Positions 8,928-18,290 are shown, counted from the first letter of the stretch. The stretch is 24,267 nucleotides of DNA from a virus (IMGVR_UViG_3300020043_006355:1-24267), one strand, 5' to 3'. Program-made: numbers and translations. The notes: generated by a model from the sequence alone, not told the origin.

Positions 8928-9190
8928 TATTCTTTGGCTTTATCGGCCTCGATTTCTTCTTTAGTTCTGCGCTTTCTTCTTAGAGGCTCTTCTTCTACTG
9001 CCTCAGTGATTTCAAGCTGTGGGCCGTTTGCCGGAATAAATCCTGCGCCCAACATAAACAAATTAACATCAATCTTTCGGTTCTTTGCGCGAGCAATTAA
9101 AGCGTCTTCATCTTTTTGTGAATAGTCTTCAGCTTTTATGAAGCCCTTACCAGGCACTCCACAAGTTTCATTCTTTGGTTTCCAGTTCAT
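8927..9190 (-). CDS. Hypothetical protein with RKRRTKEEIEA basic/acidic tail
   Basis: 87 aa; stop overlaps the portal ATG. Confidence 0.7.
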   Translation of the reverse strand: MNWKPKNETCGVPGKGFIKAEDYSQKDEDALIARAKNRKIDVNLFMLGAGFIPANGPQLEITEAVEEEPLRRKRRTKEEIEADKAKE

Positions 9191-9377
9191 TAGTTTTAGT
9201 TGTTACGTTAAAAAATTGACTAAAAGAGGGGCTAATAGAAATTAGCTTTTGGTATCGTTCCCATGTAACATTTTCGGCAGTGAACACCATTCCTATGCGA
9301 TCAAATCTAAGAACCGCATCAGGATTTTTAAGTGTTACTGTTGGGCCTTCTGGCTGTTGTTCTTTTTTCTTTGCCAT
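9168..9377 (-). CDS. Hypothetical protein
   Basis: 69 aa; first gene after the terminator/promoter at 9375..9426. Confidence 0.7.
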   Translation of the reverse strand: MAKKKEQQPEGPTVTLKNPDAVLRFDRIGMVFTAENVTWERYQKLISISPSFSQFFNVTTKTNELETKE

Positions 9378-9389
9378 GATGTAAATTTA
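9375..9389 (-). promoter_or_regulatory. -7 box variant abutting the start codon (portal operon promoter)
   Basis: Minus strand TAAATTTA-CATC-ATG, immediately after a terminator. Confidence 0.55.
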
Positions 9390-9390
9390 T

Positions 9391-9426
9391 AAAAAAGGGG
9401 AAGGTTTTTAATGCCCACCCCTTTTT
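9391..9426 (-). terminator. Intrinsic terminator after the capsid/tail-tube operon (possibly bidirectional)
   Basis: aaaaaagggg...cccc-ttttt imperfect hairpin with T-runs on both strands, 22 nt after the stop of 9449..10297. Confidence 0.7.
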
Positions 9427-9448
9427 AAATTTTCTATTCAATTACTAT

Positions 9449-10297
9449 TTAGCTTGCAATAGCTATTTGAGTTGAGTCCGCTACTCCTCGTGTAGTTGTA
9501 ACGCGAAGCTTGTACGCGCCTGCTGTTAAAGCTACAGAAGTAAACGTTATACTGGTATCGCTTGCAACTGTAACACTTGTTTGAGTTGTTTCAGCCAAAG
9601 TAGCCTGATTAACCCACTTAACAGAAAGCACTGCACTGGAAGATCCGTTACCATAGAAGTTTGTTCCGGTAATAGTTTCACTATCTCCACCCGCAACCTG
9701 CAAAGCAAGATCACTGATAACTGTAACGGTTGGTAAACCTGCGTATTCTGTAACAAGTGCTTTAGTTGTAGCGTAGTCAGTGTTGAATAAAGTCTGAGGC
9801 AACATAGTCTCAAACTCCTGATCCGAAGTAGCAAGGGTAATTAAATACCCGCCACCGTTGGCAAATGAGTCACGAGCAACGCCAGGCACAATCTCAAGAC
9901 CTGAACCTAATCCGTAAACCTCAAAAGAATTTGCTGTCTTTCCTTTGTTCTCAACAATGGCAATAAACTTGCCTTTTGCTAAACGCTGGATGTTATTCTT
10001 TTGAAGTTGGTCAATGTTGTAAACAATAAAGTTTAATGAGTGCTTAAACTGATTCAAACCATTTGAAGGAGCGATAATCTCCTGAGTAGGTTTTAAATCT
10101 TGCTTATAGCCTTCAAACACGTAGCCTACTGTATTAGTGGCCAGCGTCAACGCTGTGATTAAGTTAGGTGTAGATGTGGAAGTAGTTAACGAAACAACAT
10201 CATCGTAGTTAAACAATGTGAGCGTGGGCATTGTACCCGCCCGTAATGGGTTGGTACAATCCACACTTGATCCGAGTGTTATCTTTCCGCAGCTCAT
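9449..10297 (-). CDS. Major tail tube protein with C-terminal IPT/TIG-like Ig domain
   Basis: MSC...DC N-terminus, FIAIVEN...FEVYGLGSGL motif recalled from Bacteroidota phage tube proteins; C-terminal GG.S.TITGTNF...SDTSITF...AGAY.LRVTT..G is an IPT/TIG pattern. Confidence 0.7.
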   Translation of the reverse strand: MSCGKITLGSSVDCTNPLRAGTMPTLTLFNYDDVVSLTTSTSTPNLITALTLATNTVGYVFEGYKQDLKPTQEIIAPSNGLNQFKHSLNFIVYNIDQLQKNNIQRLAKGKFIAIVENKGKTANSFEVYGLGSGLEIVPGVARDSFANGGGYLITLATSDQEFETMLPQTLFNTDYATTKALVTEYAGLPTVTVISDLALQVAGGDSETITGTNFYGNGSSSAVLSVKWVNQATLAETTQTSVTVASDTSITFTSVALTAGAYKLRVTTTRGVADSTQIAIAS

Positions 10298-10300
10298 AGG

Positions 10301-10684
10301 TTAGGCTTGGATTTCGCGGGAAGTAATTTTAATATTTGTTCCATCGAACCATCCCTCTACGGTTGCGTCTTTCGATGCCGGAATAGTTACCGTTCCAGAC
10401 GAAACAAAATTAGTTCCGAATGTTACGATGCGCTGAGTTGCGTCCGTTGAAAAATGGAATACAACTCTGTCGAATTGGTTCAATCTTGATACAACGGTAG
10501 CCGCGTTGATTGTCATTGCTCCGGTCAACTGAGCGTAACATACGTGTTGCTCTTTCGCGCCTGTCTTCAGATCAGGAATTGATGTAGCCTCATAAATCTG
10601 AGTGAAGGATTTTAATCCTCTGCTCTCGAATGAGTTGTTATCTGCTACCGCGTTTCCTACTGTTAATGTGGTTATTGCTGCCAT
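10301..10684 (-). CDS. Putative capsid decoration/structural protein
   Basis: 127 aa beta-rich protein directly after the capsid gene; function inferred from position. Confidence 0.45.
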   Translation of the reverse strand: MAAITTLTVGNAVADNNSFESRGLKSFTQIYEATSIPDLKTGAKEQHVCYAQLTGAMTINAATVVSRLNQFDRVVFHFSTDATQRIVTFGTNFVSSGTVTIPASKDATVEGWFDGTNIKITSREIQA

Positions 10685-10695
10685 TTTGTTTTAAT

Positions 10696-11634
10696 TTAAG
10701 ATCCGATGTAGTAAACTGATTCGCTGTCAATTGAGAAGGCGGTATCCATTTTGAACAATGCCTTCAGGAAATAATGCTCACCTTCTGGACGAAGTTTTGC
10801 AATCACAAGGTTCTCGGTGTCGCGTACCTTGTCGGTAGCTAAGTACAGGTTTGAGTCCTGACCAGTTGAAGCCTTGCAAACTAAAACCACGTTGTTAGGG
10901 AAACCGCTGTAATGTCTGATTTCACGGCCGGCAAACTGTCCGGCTGCGCCTGACTCATAAGCCAACCCTTTGTAAGTTGTGGCTCTCAATGCTTCCTGAT
11001 ACAATCTGTAAGTGGTTGTGCTCATATGGAAAACCATGTCAGGGTCTTCAAACAAAGCGTCAGGAACATAGTTGTTACAATCTTCCAAGATTGCCAAAAT
11101 ATTTGCTGCGGTTATTGCCGCTACGTTTGGAACATCAATGTTTGTACCTGAAGCCTGAGCGCGGGTGATGTAACCGTCAAAGAATCGCAGCGGGTTAGTA
11201 GAACCTAATGCGGTGCTTCCCTGCCAGATCAACCGTCCGAGCTGGTTTTGAATTTGCTTTAGTACAACATCAGCAAACACCTTTTGAATTTGAGGGTCTA
11301 AAACCTTGTCAGGCAATGCGCCTTTTGGTTGAAACTCTCTCCACGCGCTTTCAAAAACGCGAGGGTTGATGTCTGGAATGTAAACCATCATGTCGCGAGG
11401 CTCGAGCGTTGCCTCTGACCATGTTACGGTAGCTGTCTTTGTGGTTGGCATTGCTTCGCGGTTGCCGATAGGGTTTGCACTTGCAACCATCTTAGCGATA
11501 CTGATTTTTTCAGAAACGTTTTCAATGGCGTAAATAGAACCCTTCTCAACGGCTTGCAATCCTAACACTGATTCTTGGATAATGTAATCTAATACATCAC
11601 CATTGTAATTGGATGAAAATACTGGACTTGCCAT
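10696..11634 (-). CDS. Major capsid protein (probable HK97 fold)
   Basis: 312 aa after the protease-scaffold; ATLEP, LIWQG, FFDG and FHMSTTTY..Y motifs fit the HK97-type backbone helix and P-domain pattern. Confidence 0.8.
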   Translation of the reverse strand: MASPVFSSNYNGDVLDYIIQESVLGLQAVEKGSIYAIENVSEKISIAKMVASANPIGNREAMPTTKTATVTWSEATLEPRDMMVYIPDINPRVFESAWREFQPKGALPDKVLDPQIQKVFADVVLKQIQNQLGRLIWQGSTALGSTNPLRFFDGYITRAQASGTNIDVPNVAAITAANILAILEDCNNYVPDALFEDPDMVFHMSTTTYRLYQEALRATTYKGLAYESGAAGQFAGREIRHYSGFPNNVVLVCKASTGQDSNLYLATDKVRDTENLVIAKLRPEGEHYFLKALFKMDTAFSIDSESVYYIGS

Positions 11635-11636
11635 TG

Positions 11637-12761
11637 TTAGTTTTTGTTAAGTTGTTTACGTCTTTCTTCTTGTTTTTCGCGCATTACGCTGGCGATTGTG
11701 CGGCCTTTCGGCTGATTGTCTGGTAATCCAATAGCGGCTTTAGTTGGCTGAACTCCGATGCGAGCCGATTTCTTCAAAGCCATGATAGCTTCTTCGTTCT
11801 CTTTCTTTACTGGTAGCATAGCGGCCTCTACAGCAGATTTTACCATAGCCTCCACCTGAGATTTAGGAATCATTTCTTCTTCCTCTTTTGGATCAGTTGG
11901 TATTTCGGCTTGCGCTACTTTTGCGACCTTGCCACCCATTACAGAAACCACTGATCCGTCCTCAAGTTTATACTCACCGTCTGCCAGTGCTTGAGGTGTA
12001 GGCTGACCGGCTTCGTCTAAAAGGAAAGCGGCCACACCTTCGGCAACTCCTTCACCCTCTACCCAAAAGCTACCGGCACCGTCCGCAAGGTTTACGACCA
12101 TGCTCTGTGGTGTAGTTGCTCCGGGAACCTGTGCCTTTGGCTGTACGCCTTTAGGCTTCTCCGTAAAGAATGCCTTTACGTGTTCCATAAAACTTTTTTC
12201 TTCTTTCATTTTTGGTTTGATTATATTTAAAACTGGAACCGTCTTTTTTCCGGTTGCAAATCCAAACTTGATGCACTGATCGGCTGTCAATCCGGTTTCG
12301 ACTTTCATTAAGGCATCCAGACCCTCGTCACTTATGTTTGTGAAGCCCATGTAGAACTGACGAAGCTTTGTTTCTGTTTCGGCCAGACCTTGAGCGAAAG
12401 CCATTAACTCGTCCGAGTCACCGCTTACATTTTCTTTAAAAGGGTTGTGAATCCAGAACTGGAAACGATCATCCACTAACCTTTCGTCACCGGCTAAAAA
12501 AATCTTTGTCGCAATAGAGCCGACTAACCCGTCTTGGATAGTTGTTACTTTTCCTTTTTTCTTGAGTGAGTTTAGGTAATCGTAAATCGCATCTCCGATG
12601 TCAACATATCCGCCCGGTGAGTTTATTGATACTTCAAACTCGGTAGCATCCGGTGGCACTTGTTCAACCACGTCAAGAAGCTGAACGCCTTTATGAAACA
12701 GCCCTGCTTCGTCAACTGATGACGGGCCGATCTGACCGTGAATGTTGATTTTTGCTATCAC
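11637..12761 (-). CDS. ClpP-type prohead protease fused to scaffold-like C-terminus
   Basis: INSPGG, GLVGSIAT (catalytic Ser), FWIHNP (His); C-terminal ADGEYKLEDG motif and charged helical tail; GTG start. Confidence 0.9.
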   Translation of the reverse strand: MIAKINIHGQIGPSSVDEAGLFHKGVQLLDVVEQVPPDATEFEVSINSPGGYVDIGDAIYDYLNSLKKKGKVTTIQDGLVGSIATKIFLAGDERLVDDRFQFWIHNPFKENVSGDSDELMAFAQGLAETETKLRQFYMGFTNISDEGLDALMKVETGLTADQCIKFGFATGKKTVPVLNIIKPKMKEEKSFMEHVKAFFTEKPKGVQPKAQVPGATTPQSMVVNLADGAGSFWVEGEGVAEGVAAFLLDEAGQPTPQALADGEYKLEDGSVVSVMGGKVAKVAQAEIPTDPKEEEEMIPKSQVEAMVKSAVEAAMLPVKKENEEAIMALKKSARIGVQPTKAAIGLPDNQPKGRTIASVMREKQEERRKQLNKN

Positions 12762-12774
12762 GGAAGCAAATTTG
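12759..12774 (-). promoter_or_regulatory. -7 box variant abutting GTG start (head operon promoter)
   Basis: Minus strand CAAATTTG-CTTCC-GTG in a 49-nt intergenic gap. Confidence 0.5.
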
Positions 12775-12810
12775 TATAATCGCTTTAACGAATATACTAA
12801 AGGTAATTGT

Positions 12811-13029
12811 TTAGTTGGTTACAATCCTTACGGCCTTACGAATTGTTATCTCGCTGCATCCGCATTCATCAGAAGCAAATTGATAGGATTTATTATTTGA
12901 TAGCCCTTTTGATTTATACGCCTGATAAACTTCGTAGTACCTGAAGTAAGTAATGTGATTGATTGAGATAATTCCCTTATTGAACAGTTCCTTTATTACC
13001 CCGCTCTTGTGGTATTCGAGTAAAGTCAT
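12811..13029 (-). CDS. Small helix-turn-helix protein
   Basis: 72 aa; C-terminal FASDECGCSEITIRKAV fits an HTH recognition pattern. Confidence 0.6.
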   Translation of the reverse strand: MTLLEYHKSGVIKELFNKGIISINHITYFRYYEVYQAYKSKGLSNNKSYQFASDECGCSEITIRKAVRIVTN

Positions 13030-14852
13030 TGAATTTTAGCCCTGTTTGTAAACTCACTAACTCTATTTTGTGCAACATTAATATCCTCAACTGTAACAAC
13101 AAATTGAATGCTTGCAAGCTGATCCATTAGATTAGTCATACTCAAAGAAGATTCAGACCTATTGGCCGCACTTCCTACAGTTGTCAAACTTCCACCGCCC
13201 GCCATTTGTATAAGATTTCCACTTACTTTTGTTTGCCCCCGGCCAGAAATAGGCTCAACCGTTACCCGCTCAACTCCGCCCGGATTATCCCCTACCATCA
13301 ACATAGTGGGGCCTTTTGTGATGAAGTTACCACCCCCAGCGGCAAAGCTTACGTTATTAATTTTTGCCACAGCTCCCAATCCGGTTGCCAGCGTTGTGGC
13401 TATCTGAACACCTCTAACGACCGATGCAAAGGGTTCTACAAATGGGGCTGTCGGGGCTTTAAGAATTTCCGTAACCCCTAAGAAAGTATTGGCGACTGCC
13501 AATGCGGAGTTAATTAATTTTGACTCTATACCAAAAGCCCTAAGCCCTTGAGTTAGTCCATTTAATACAATTCTTTGTGTTTGTAATTTCTGACCTTCGG
13601 CTATCTCAAAGTTTTTAGATTCCTGCTGTTTCCTTTTTATCTCTTCATCGGTGAACTTCTTGTTAATCTTTGAAATTGATTCGTTAAAGTTGCTCTGTAC
13701 TTGTAGTTTAATCTCATTCCTTTCTACCTCTCTTGTAAGAAGAGTGTCCTCGGTATTGGACACATCATTCATAAGGGCAACTTTTTTCATTAGCTCCTCT
13801 TGCTCCTTCTGAGATTGTGCTATCCGTTTCTCATTAGCCGCTGTTTCTTTGTCATCAATAGCCGCGATCATGTTAGCCGCCTTCTCTCGGAATGCCAAAG
13901 ATTCAGATTCTGCTTTAATGCGGGCCGCGCTCAGGTCGGCTACCTGTTGTTTTTCTTCGCCAGAAAGTTCATTCCCTCGTAATAATCTTTCTACAAAGGC
14001 GTCAAAATTTTCCTCTTCGGTCTGACGCAATCCCCTGCTTAAAGCTATCTGCTTAATAGTTGCAACCTCTTCTTTTCTGGCTAAGTCTATTCTTTGTTCG
14101 GTTAGTTCTCGCTCAAGTTTTAAGGCCTCCTGAATCTTTTCTTTCTGTTCATCAAATGTCAGGTTGCGATTTTTAGAAGCGATCACTAAAGCCTTAATCT
14201 GATTTTCTTGCTGTGCGCTTGAAACTGTAAATAACGCCTGTTCGTCCTCAAGTTCTCGCAAAATATCCAAGTACAACTGAGCGGCACGGGCCACCGCGAT
14301 CATTTCCTGAGTAAGTCCTTTTACCTTGTCAATTGCTCCTGAAATATTAAACGTAGCCAAATCATAAAGTATTGATCCTAACTTATCAAGATTTGTTAAA
14401 AGGAAATCTATGTTAGCCGTGATTTGAGTAATGATGTTCTCAAAGAAATCTAACACTGGTTCGGACTTCTTTAAAGCAGCCACAACCACGCCCAATACTA
14501 CAGCAACAGCCGCCAGTATTGCGCCCAATGGGGTAGCGATTAAAGCCTTACTTGCAGTAGTTGCGCTTTGTATTCCTTGTGTGAATCCTGAAAATCCCGG
14601 AATAACTCTATCAAGAGCCGACTGGTAATTACCAATGTTTAGCCGTTGTTTTTCTAACGCGCTTACATTCTCCTTAATCTTATTGGTATTAGCATCTAAT
14701 TGTGCGTTAATCGCCTGAACTCTTTTCTGCCCTTCGGCTGTGTCAAGGTCTAACTTCTTTCGCTCCTCGCGGAGTTCTTTGTTTGCCTTTGTTAAACTTT
14801 CAATAGAAGTAATCCCCTGTACTTCTACCTTATAAATTATTTCTTCCTCCAT
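13026..14852 (-). CDS. Tail tape measure protein
   Basis: 608 aa; coiled-coil rich, RLNIGNYQSAL motif, hydrophobic ALIATPLGAILAAVAVV segment, C-terminal FAAGG and VVTVEDIN motifs. Confidence 0.85.
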   Translation of the reverse strand: MEEEIIYKVEVQGITSIESLTKANKELREERKKLDLDTAEGQKRVQAINAQLDANTNKIKENVSALEKQRLNIGNYQSALDRVIPGFSGFTQGIQSATTASKALIATPLGAILAAVAVVLGVVVAALKKSEPVLDFFENIITQITANIDFLLTNLDKLGSILYDLATFNISGAIDKVKGLTQEMIAVARAAQLYLDILRELEDEQALFTVSSAQQENQIKALVIASKNRNLTFDEQKEKIQEALKLERELTEQRIDLARKEEVATIKQIALSRGLRQTEEENFDAFVERLLRGNELSGEEKQQVADLSAARIKAESESLAFREKAANMIAAIDDKETAANEKRIAQSQKEQEELMKKVALMNDVSNTEDTLLTREVERNEIKLQVQSNFNESISKINKKFTDEEIKRKQQESKNFEIAEGQKLQTQRIVLNGLTQGLRAFGIESKLINSALAVANTFLGVTEILKAPTAPFVEPFASVVRGVQIATTLATGLGAVAKINNVSFAAGGGNFITKGPTMLMVGDNPGGVERVTVEPISGRGQTKVSGNLIQMAGGGSLTTVGSAANRSESSLSMTNLMDQLASIQFVVTVEDINVAQNRVSEFTNRAKIQ

Positions 14853-14854
14853 CG

Positions 14855-16708
14855 CTACGTAACTTTAAAGACCTCCACCACCGTAAACTTACCCGAAACA
14901 AAATTATTTATATTATTTACTAAGTAGTAACCCTCACCATCGTAAATAATTTTGTGGTGGTCAAAGTCAGCTATATCTATATCAGTTAATCTGTACAGTT
15001 TTTTTATAACCTTATTCTTTTGAAGAGATGCTGTTAATGCTCTATAGAATTGATTTAGAAAATATCCCCACCCTGTGTCTTTTGGTTGCGACATATCTAC
15101 AAAGTACCCTAACTTGTAATCTGTTCTTGGAGACACATCAAATGAAATTGATCCCTCTGTAGTCCTTGCTTTTAGCGTTAGCAATTTAATTCCGGGCTCC
15201 CCCGCAAACACATCAATTCCGGCAGAAGTGGTGTCATACACGGGTATTGTAGCTACATTATAGCCGTTAGTTGATTCTGTTTTGCAGTTTTGAAAGACAG
15301 TAGTATAGTATTCTTTATAATCTAAAAGTGTTGTGTTTGCTATGTCCATTGATCCGCTTCCTAAACTTACATCCCCCACAGAATCAGAAAACATAAAGTC
15401 GTTAACCTGCGCGTATGTCGTTCCGAAGTTTATATTCTTATCTGCTTTGATTAGTTTTTGAGACCAGTCCACAGCCCCAGCCCTGTCATTGATTATGTCT
15501 TCTATTGATTCTAAAAACAATACTCCGTCTTGTTGTTTTGGTATTATTGAAAACCTTGTAAAAAAGTCCTTCAGTATGTCACTGCAAGAAACATCTTTCC
15601 AAAGTTTATTCCAGTTAACGCTTGCTCTGTTTACTGTCCTGTTACAAACTATCTTTAGGTAGCTGGTCGCGTCTATGGTTAACTCTGTTCCTGTGGTTGG
15701 GGCGTCCCCTGATATAGTAAGGTATATTTGATCGCCCGTTATGAAGTCCCCGGTGTATTCTAACAAGAGCGTTCCTGATGTTGTTGGCTGAAGCACAATT
15801 GTACCCGAGTCAATTAAAGTTCCCCCTGTTTTGTAAAGCTTTCCCGTTAATACGGTTCCATCATTCCATGTTATTCCGCTAACGCTTATAAATCCTTCTA
15901 CAGTTAGATTAAAGTAATCGGGGGATTCGTATTCATTATTTATAAGATCAAAATTATCAGATCCATAATCTGCCGTTGATAGGTTTATTCTTACATCACC
16001 ATCAGCAGCCATCAGGTCTGGTATAAGGTAAGAAGTTGGTGAGGCCCTGCCTATGGCGGTGTTTGTGAATGTCTCAGGATAAAGAAACTCATCTCCATTG
16101 AAAGGCATAACAAGGTCTGTGAATCTTGAGTCGCTTAGTATAGAGCCGGACAACTCAAGCCCAGTATATTCCAGAATTGCCCTTACTATCGAGTGATAAA
16201 AAAAACATGGCAGAAAATAGTTTGGTTGGTAAATTGCTCCTGATTTACCCCAATTCAAAACAACTGTAATTATTCCGCTGGTGTTTGTTCTCGCTGAGTC
16301 AATAGCCGAAACTGTCCACGCTGAATTTGCTATTGGCGAAATGTCTGATAACTTTAGGCCTGATATTACTTTAAAGTAGTCGTACACATTTTCATAAACG
16401 TTTATATCAAACTCATCCCCATTACTGGATTTTAAAATAATATTAGCCCGCCTTATAATGTCTATTCCATTTTTACTAACCCTCCCCGACTGGATTGTAT
16501 AGGGTATGGGTGATTGCGATAACTCACTATCTGAGTGCCCTAAATTTGTTTTGTTGCGCTCAGTCCAAATACCCTTAAACTGATTTGTGTAGTTTACAAA
16601 TCTGCTCTGGATGTCTCCGATTTCTATTCGCTTTATAGTAGTAGCAATGACCTGACCCTCTTTAAGGTCTATGGCGTTGTCTCCTATGTAAAGTTTTGTT
16701 TCATTCAT
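14855..16708 (-). CDS. Baseplate hub/tail tip-like structural protein
   Basis: 617 aa; KLYIGD..IDL N-terminus, DWSQKL, YYLVNNINNF C-terminus; adjacent to tape measure. Confidence 0.65.
   Translation of the reverse strand: MNETKLYIGDNAIDLKEGQVIATTIKRIEIGDIQSRFVNYTNQFKGIWTERNKTNLGHSDSELSQSPIPYTIQSGRVSKNGIDIIRRANIILKSSNGDEFDINVYENVYDYFKVISGLKLSDISPIANSAWTVSAIDSARTNTSGIITVVLNWGKSGAIYQPNYFLPCFFYHSIVRAILEYTGLELSGSILSDSRFTDLVMPFNGDEFLYPETFTNTAIGRASPTSYLIPDLMAADGDVRINLSTADYGSDNFDLINNEYESPDYFNLTVEGFISVSGITWNDGTVLTGKLYKTGGTLIDSGTIVLQPTTSGTLLLEYTGDFITGDQIYLTISGDAPTTGTELTIDATSYLKIVCNRTVNRASVNWNKLWKDVSCSDILKDFFTRFSIIPKQQDGVLFLESIEDIINDRAGAVDWSQKLIKADKNINFGTTYAQVNDFMFSDSVGDVSLGSGSMDIANTTLLDYKEYYTTVFQNCKTESTNGYNVATIPVYDTTSAGIDVFAGEPGIKLLTLKARTTEGSISFDVSPRTDYKLGYFVDMSQPKDTGWGYFLNQFYRALTASLQKNKVIKKLYRLTDIDIADFDHHKIIYDGEGYYLVNNINNFVSGKFTVVEVFKVT
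15762..15781 (+). repeat. 20-bp exact direct repeat copy 1 (aacaagagcgttcctgatgt)
   Basis: Identical to 17372..17391; both encode TSGTLL. Confidence 0.9.
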
Positions 16709-17796
16709 TGTAATAGAACCTCTGGATATTCAATAGTAATTACCGCAGAATGTTTTATCTGCTTTGTTTGTGTTGAGTTTGGTTGAGTTATAACAACTAC
16801 TCCTGTTTTGCTGCCATCTGGATTTAAGATATTAACGGCCTGCCCGACCTTATCAGAAGTTCTGTTTATATTAGTGTTCATTTCTGTAATGTTGGTTCTG
16901 TAAATCTCCCCCGTTGTATTCAAACCCTGAATAGCCTCCCATTGATTTAAGGTTAGATTATCAGCATAAAGAGTTAGCCTCTTAGCTTTCTTGTTTGCCG
17001 AATAGTTCCATGTGTATTCCTGATTTATCTGGAAAGGAAAACATTCGTCTCCCCCTAATGAGTTTTTCCACTGAAGCATTATTGTGTTATCGCATCTTTC
17101 GCGCAACTTCAGAACCTTAACCTCAGAAAGAGGATCAAATGAAATTCCCTCAACTATGGAGAATCTAATCTCGTCCGCATTATCCGTATCCCACGCATAA
17201 CACCCGCGCCAAATCGCAAGGCTTAAAGCTGGCGTGTCGGAAGTGCTTACCAATGCTCCTAAAAGATAATTTTCCATTCTAAAAATCATTCCGTCCCCAG
17301 CATCGTCAGCATAGAAAGATATTGTGAATGGATATCCTCTTACCCCCGTCAACTCTGTTTGAAGAGTTAGGAACAAGAGCGTTCCTGATGTATAGGCAGA
17401 TAGGTTGTTGGCAAAGCCAACCTGTAGCCCACCGTAAACAGCAAACCTATCGTTAGCAGAATCGCTTACCTGTGTTTCGCTTCCAGAACCCCAAACCTCC
17501 TGATATTTTATGTAGTAGTTTTTCCAATTGTTATCTACATACATGAAGACGGCGGTTAGGTCTGAATTGTTCGCAAGGCTTGTTTTAAGGAAGGTGCTTA
17601 CATCACATAAAAGCTCCCCAACAGAATCAGGGTAGTAGACAGCGTCTGCAATCTTGGTTGCAGCAACATTGTCCCAAATCTCAACCTCAAGCCTATACCC
17701 AACCTCAGTGTAATTGGTGGAGGTAAACTTATAAAGTATTGGCGCGGATGTTCCGGCCCAATCCGCTGGCCTTGCTGTTACTGTAGGTTGTGCCAT
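16705..17796 (-). CDS. Distal tail/baseplate-like structural protein
   Basis: 363 aa; LQWKNSLGGD.CFPF motif (cf. WxNxxGGxDxxxF) recalled from Bacteroidota siphophage tail proteins; upstream of the hub gene. Confidence 0.65.
   Translation of the reverse strand: MAQPTVTARPADWAGTSAPILYKFTSTNYTEVGYRLEVEIWDNVAATKIADAVYYPDSVGELLCDVSTFLKTSLANNSDLTAVFMYVDNNWKNYYIKYQEVWGSGSETQVSDSANDRFAVYGGLQVGFANNLSAYTSGTLLFLTLQTELTGVRGYPFTISFYADDAGDGMIFRMENYLLGALVSTSDTPALSLAIWRGCYAWDTDNADEIRFSIVEGISFDPLSEVKVLKLRERCDNTIMLQWKNSLGGDECFPFQINQEYTWNYSANKKAKRLTLYADNLTLNQWEAIQGLNTTGEIYRTNITEMNTNINRTSDKVGQAVNILNPDGSKTGVVVITQPNSTQTKQIKHSAVITIEYPEVLLQ
17372..17391 (+). repeat. 20-bp exact direct repeat copy 2
   Basis: Identical to 15762..15781. 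Confidence 0.9.
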
Positions 17797-17820
17797 CCTC
17801 TAATTGTGTATTTGCATAAA

Positions 17821-17828
17821 CAAATATA
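17821..17828 (-). promoter_or_regulatory. Bacteroidota -7 promoter box (tail tip operon)
   Basis: Perfect TAnnTTTG (TATATTTG) in the 44-nt intergenic gap. Confidence 0.65.
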
Positions 17829-17840
17829 ATGGGTTAAAAA

Positions 17841-18290
17841 TTAAAGGCTTGCTTTTATCTCGGCTTTAAATCCTTCGTCTAACTTCCCTCTAAATTCTTT
17901 AACCAAGTCTTCGACCTGATTCTCAACGTCCAGCCCTTCGCGCTTGCCTTGATGCACGTCTGTTCCTGACTGCGCAATCTTACGGGCGAATAAATACGCA
18001 AGTTGTCTTTCGGTTGTTTTTGAATCACGTGGGGTAATTCTTTTCTCCCTAATCCAGTCAAGTATATCCGATAGTGGCGGGAACTTGCCCGGCTTGCGTC
18101 CTTTCTTCTGCTGGAAGAAGTATTTGGCCCCGTAAAGAGTTCCGCTTGATTCCGTTGTTTCGATCCGCAGGCTTTCGGCTGACTTGCCCGATGATCTTAT
18201 ACCCTGCTCTTTCTGTCGATCAATGTAGACCTTTCGGATGTTGTCGAGTAGTTCCGATATGGTTTCTTGAGTGTTCAATGTGGTGGACAA
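17841..18290 (-). CDS. HK97 gp10-like tail completion/neck protein
   Basis: 149 aa; SGKSAESL, GRKPGKFPP...I.DWI..K, AYLFARKIAQSGT. Confidence 0.7.
   Translation of the reverse strand: MSTTLNTQETISELLDNIRKVYIDRQKEQGIRSSGKSAESLRIETTESSGTLYGAKYFFQQKKGRKPGKFPPLSDILDWIREKRITPRDSKTTERQLAYLFARKIAQSGTDVHQGKREGLDVENQVEDLVKEFRGKLDEGFKAEIKASL

Noticed and set aside
17800-17802. Genome-wide TAG recoding suggested by the in-frame TAG before the tail-tip gene
   Set aside because: TAG ends genes cleanly at 604, 14855, 19663 and 23783, and long genes are not fragmented under the standard code.
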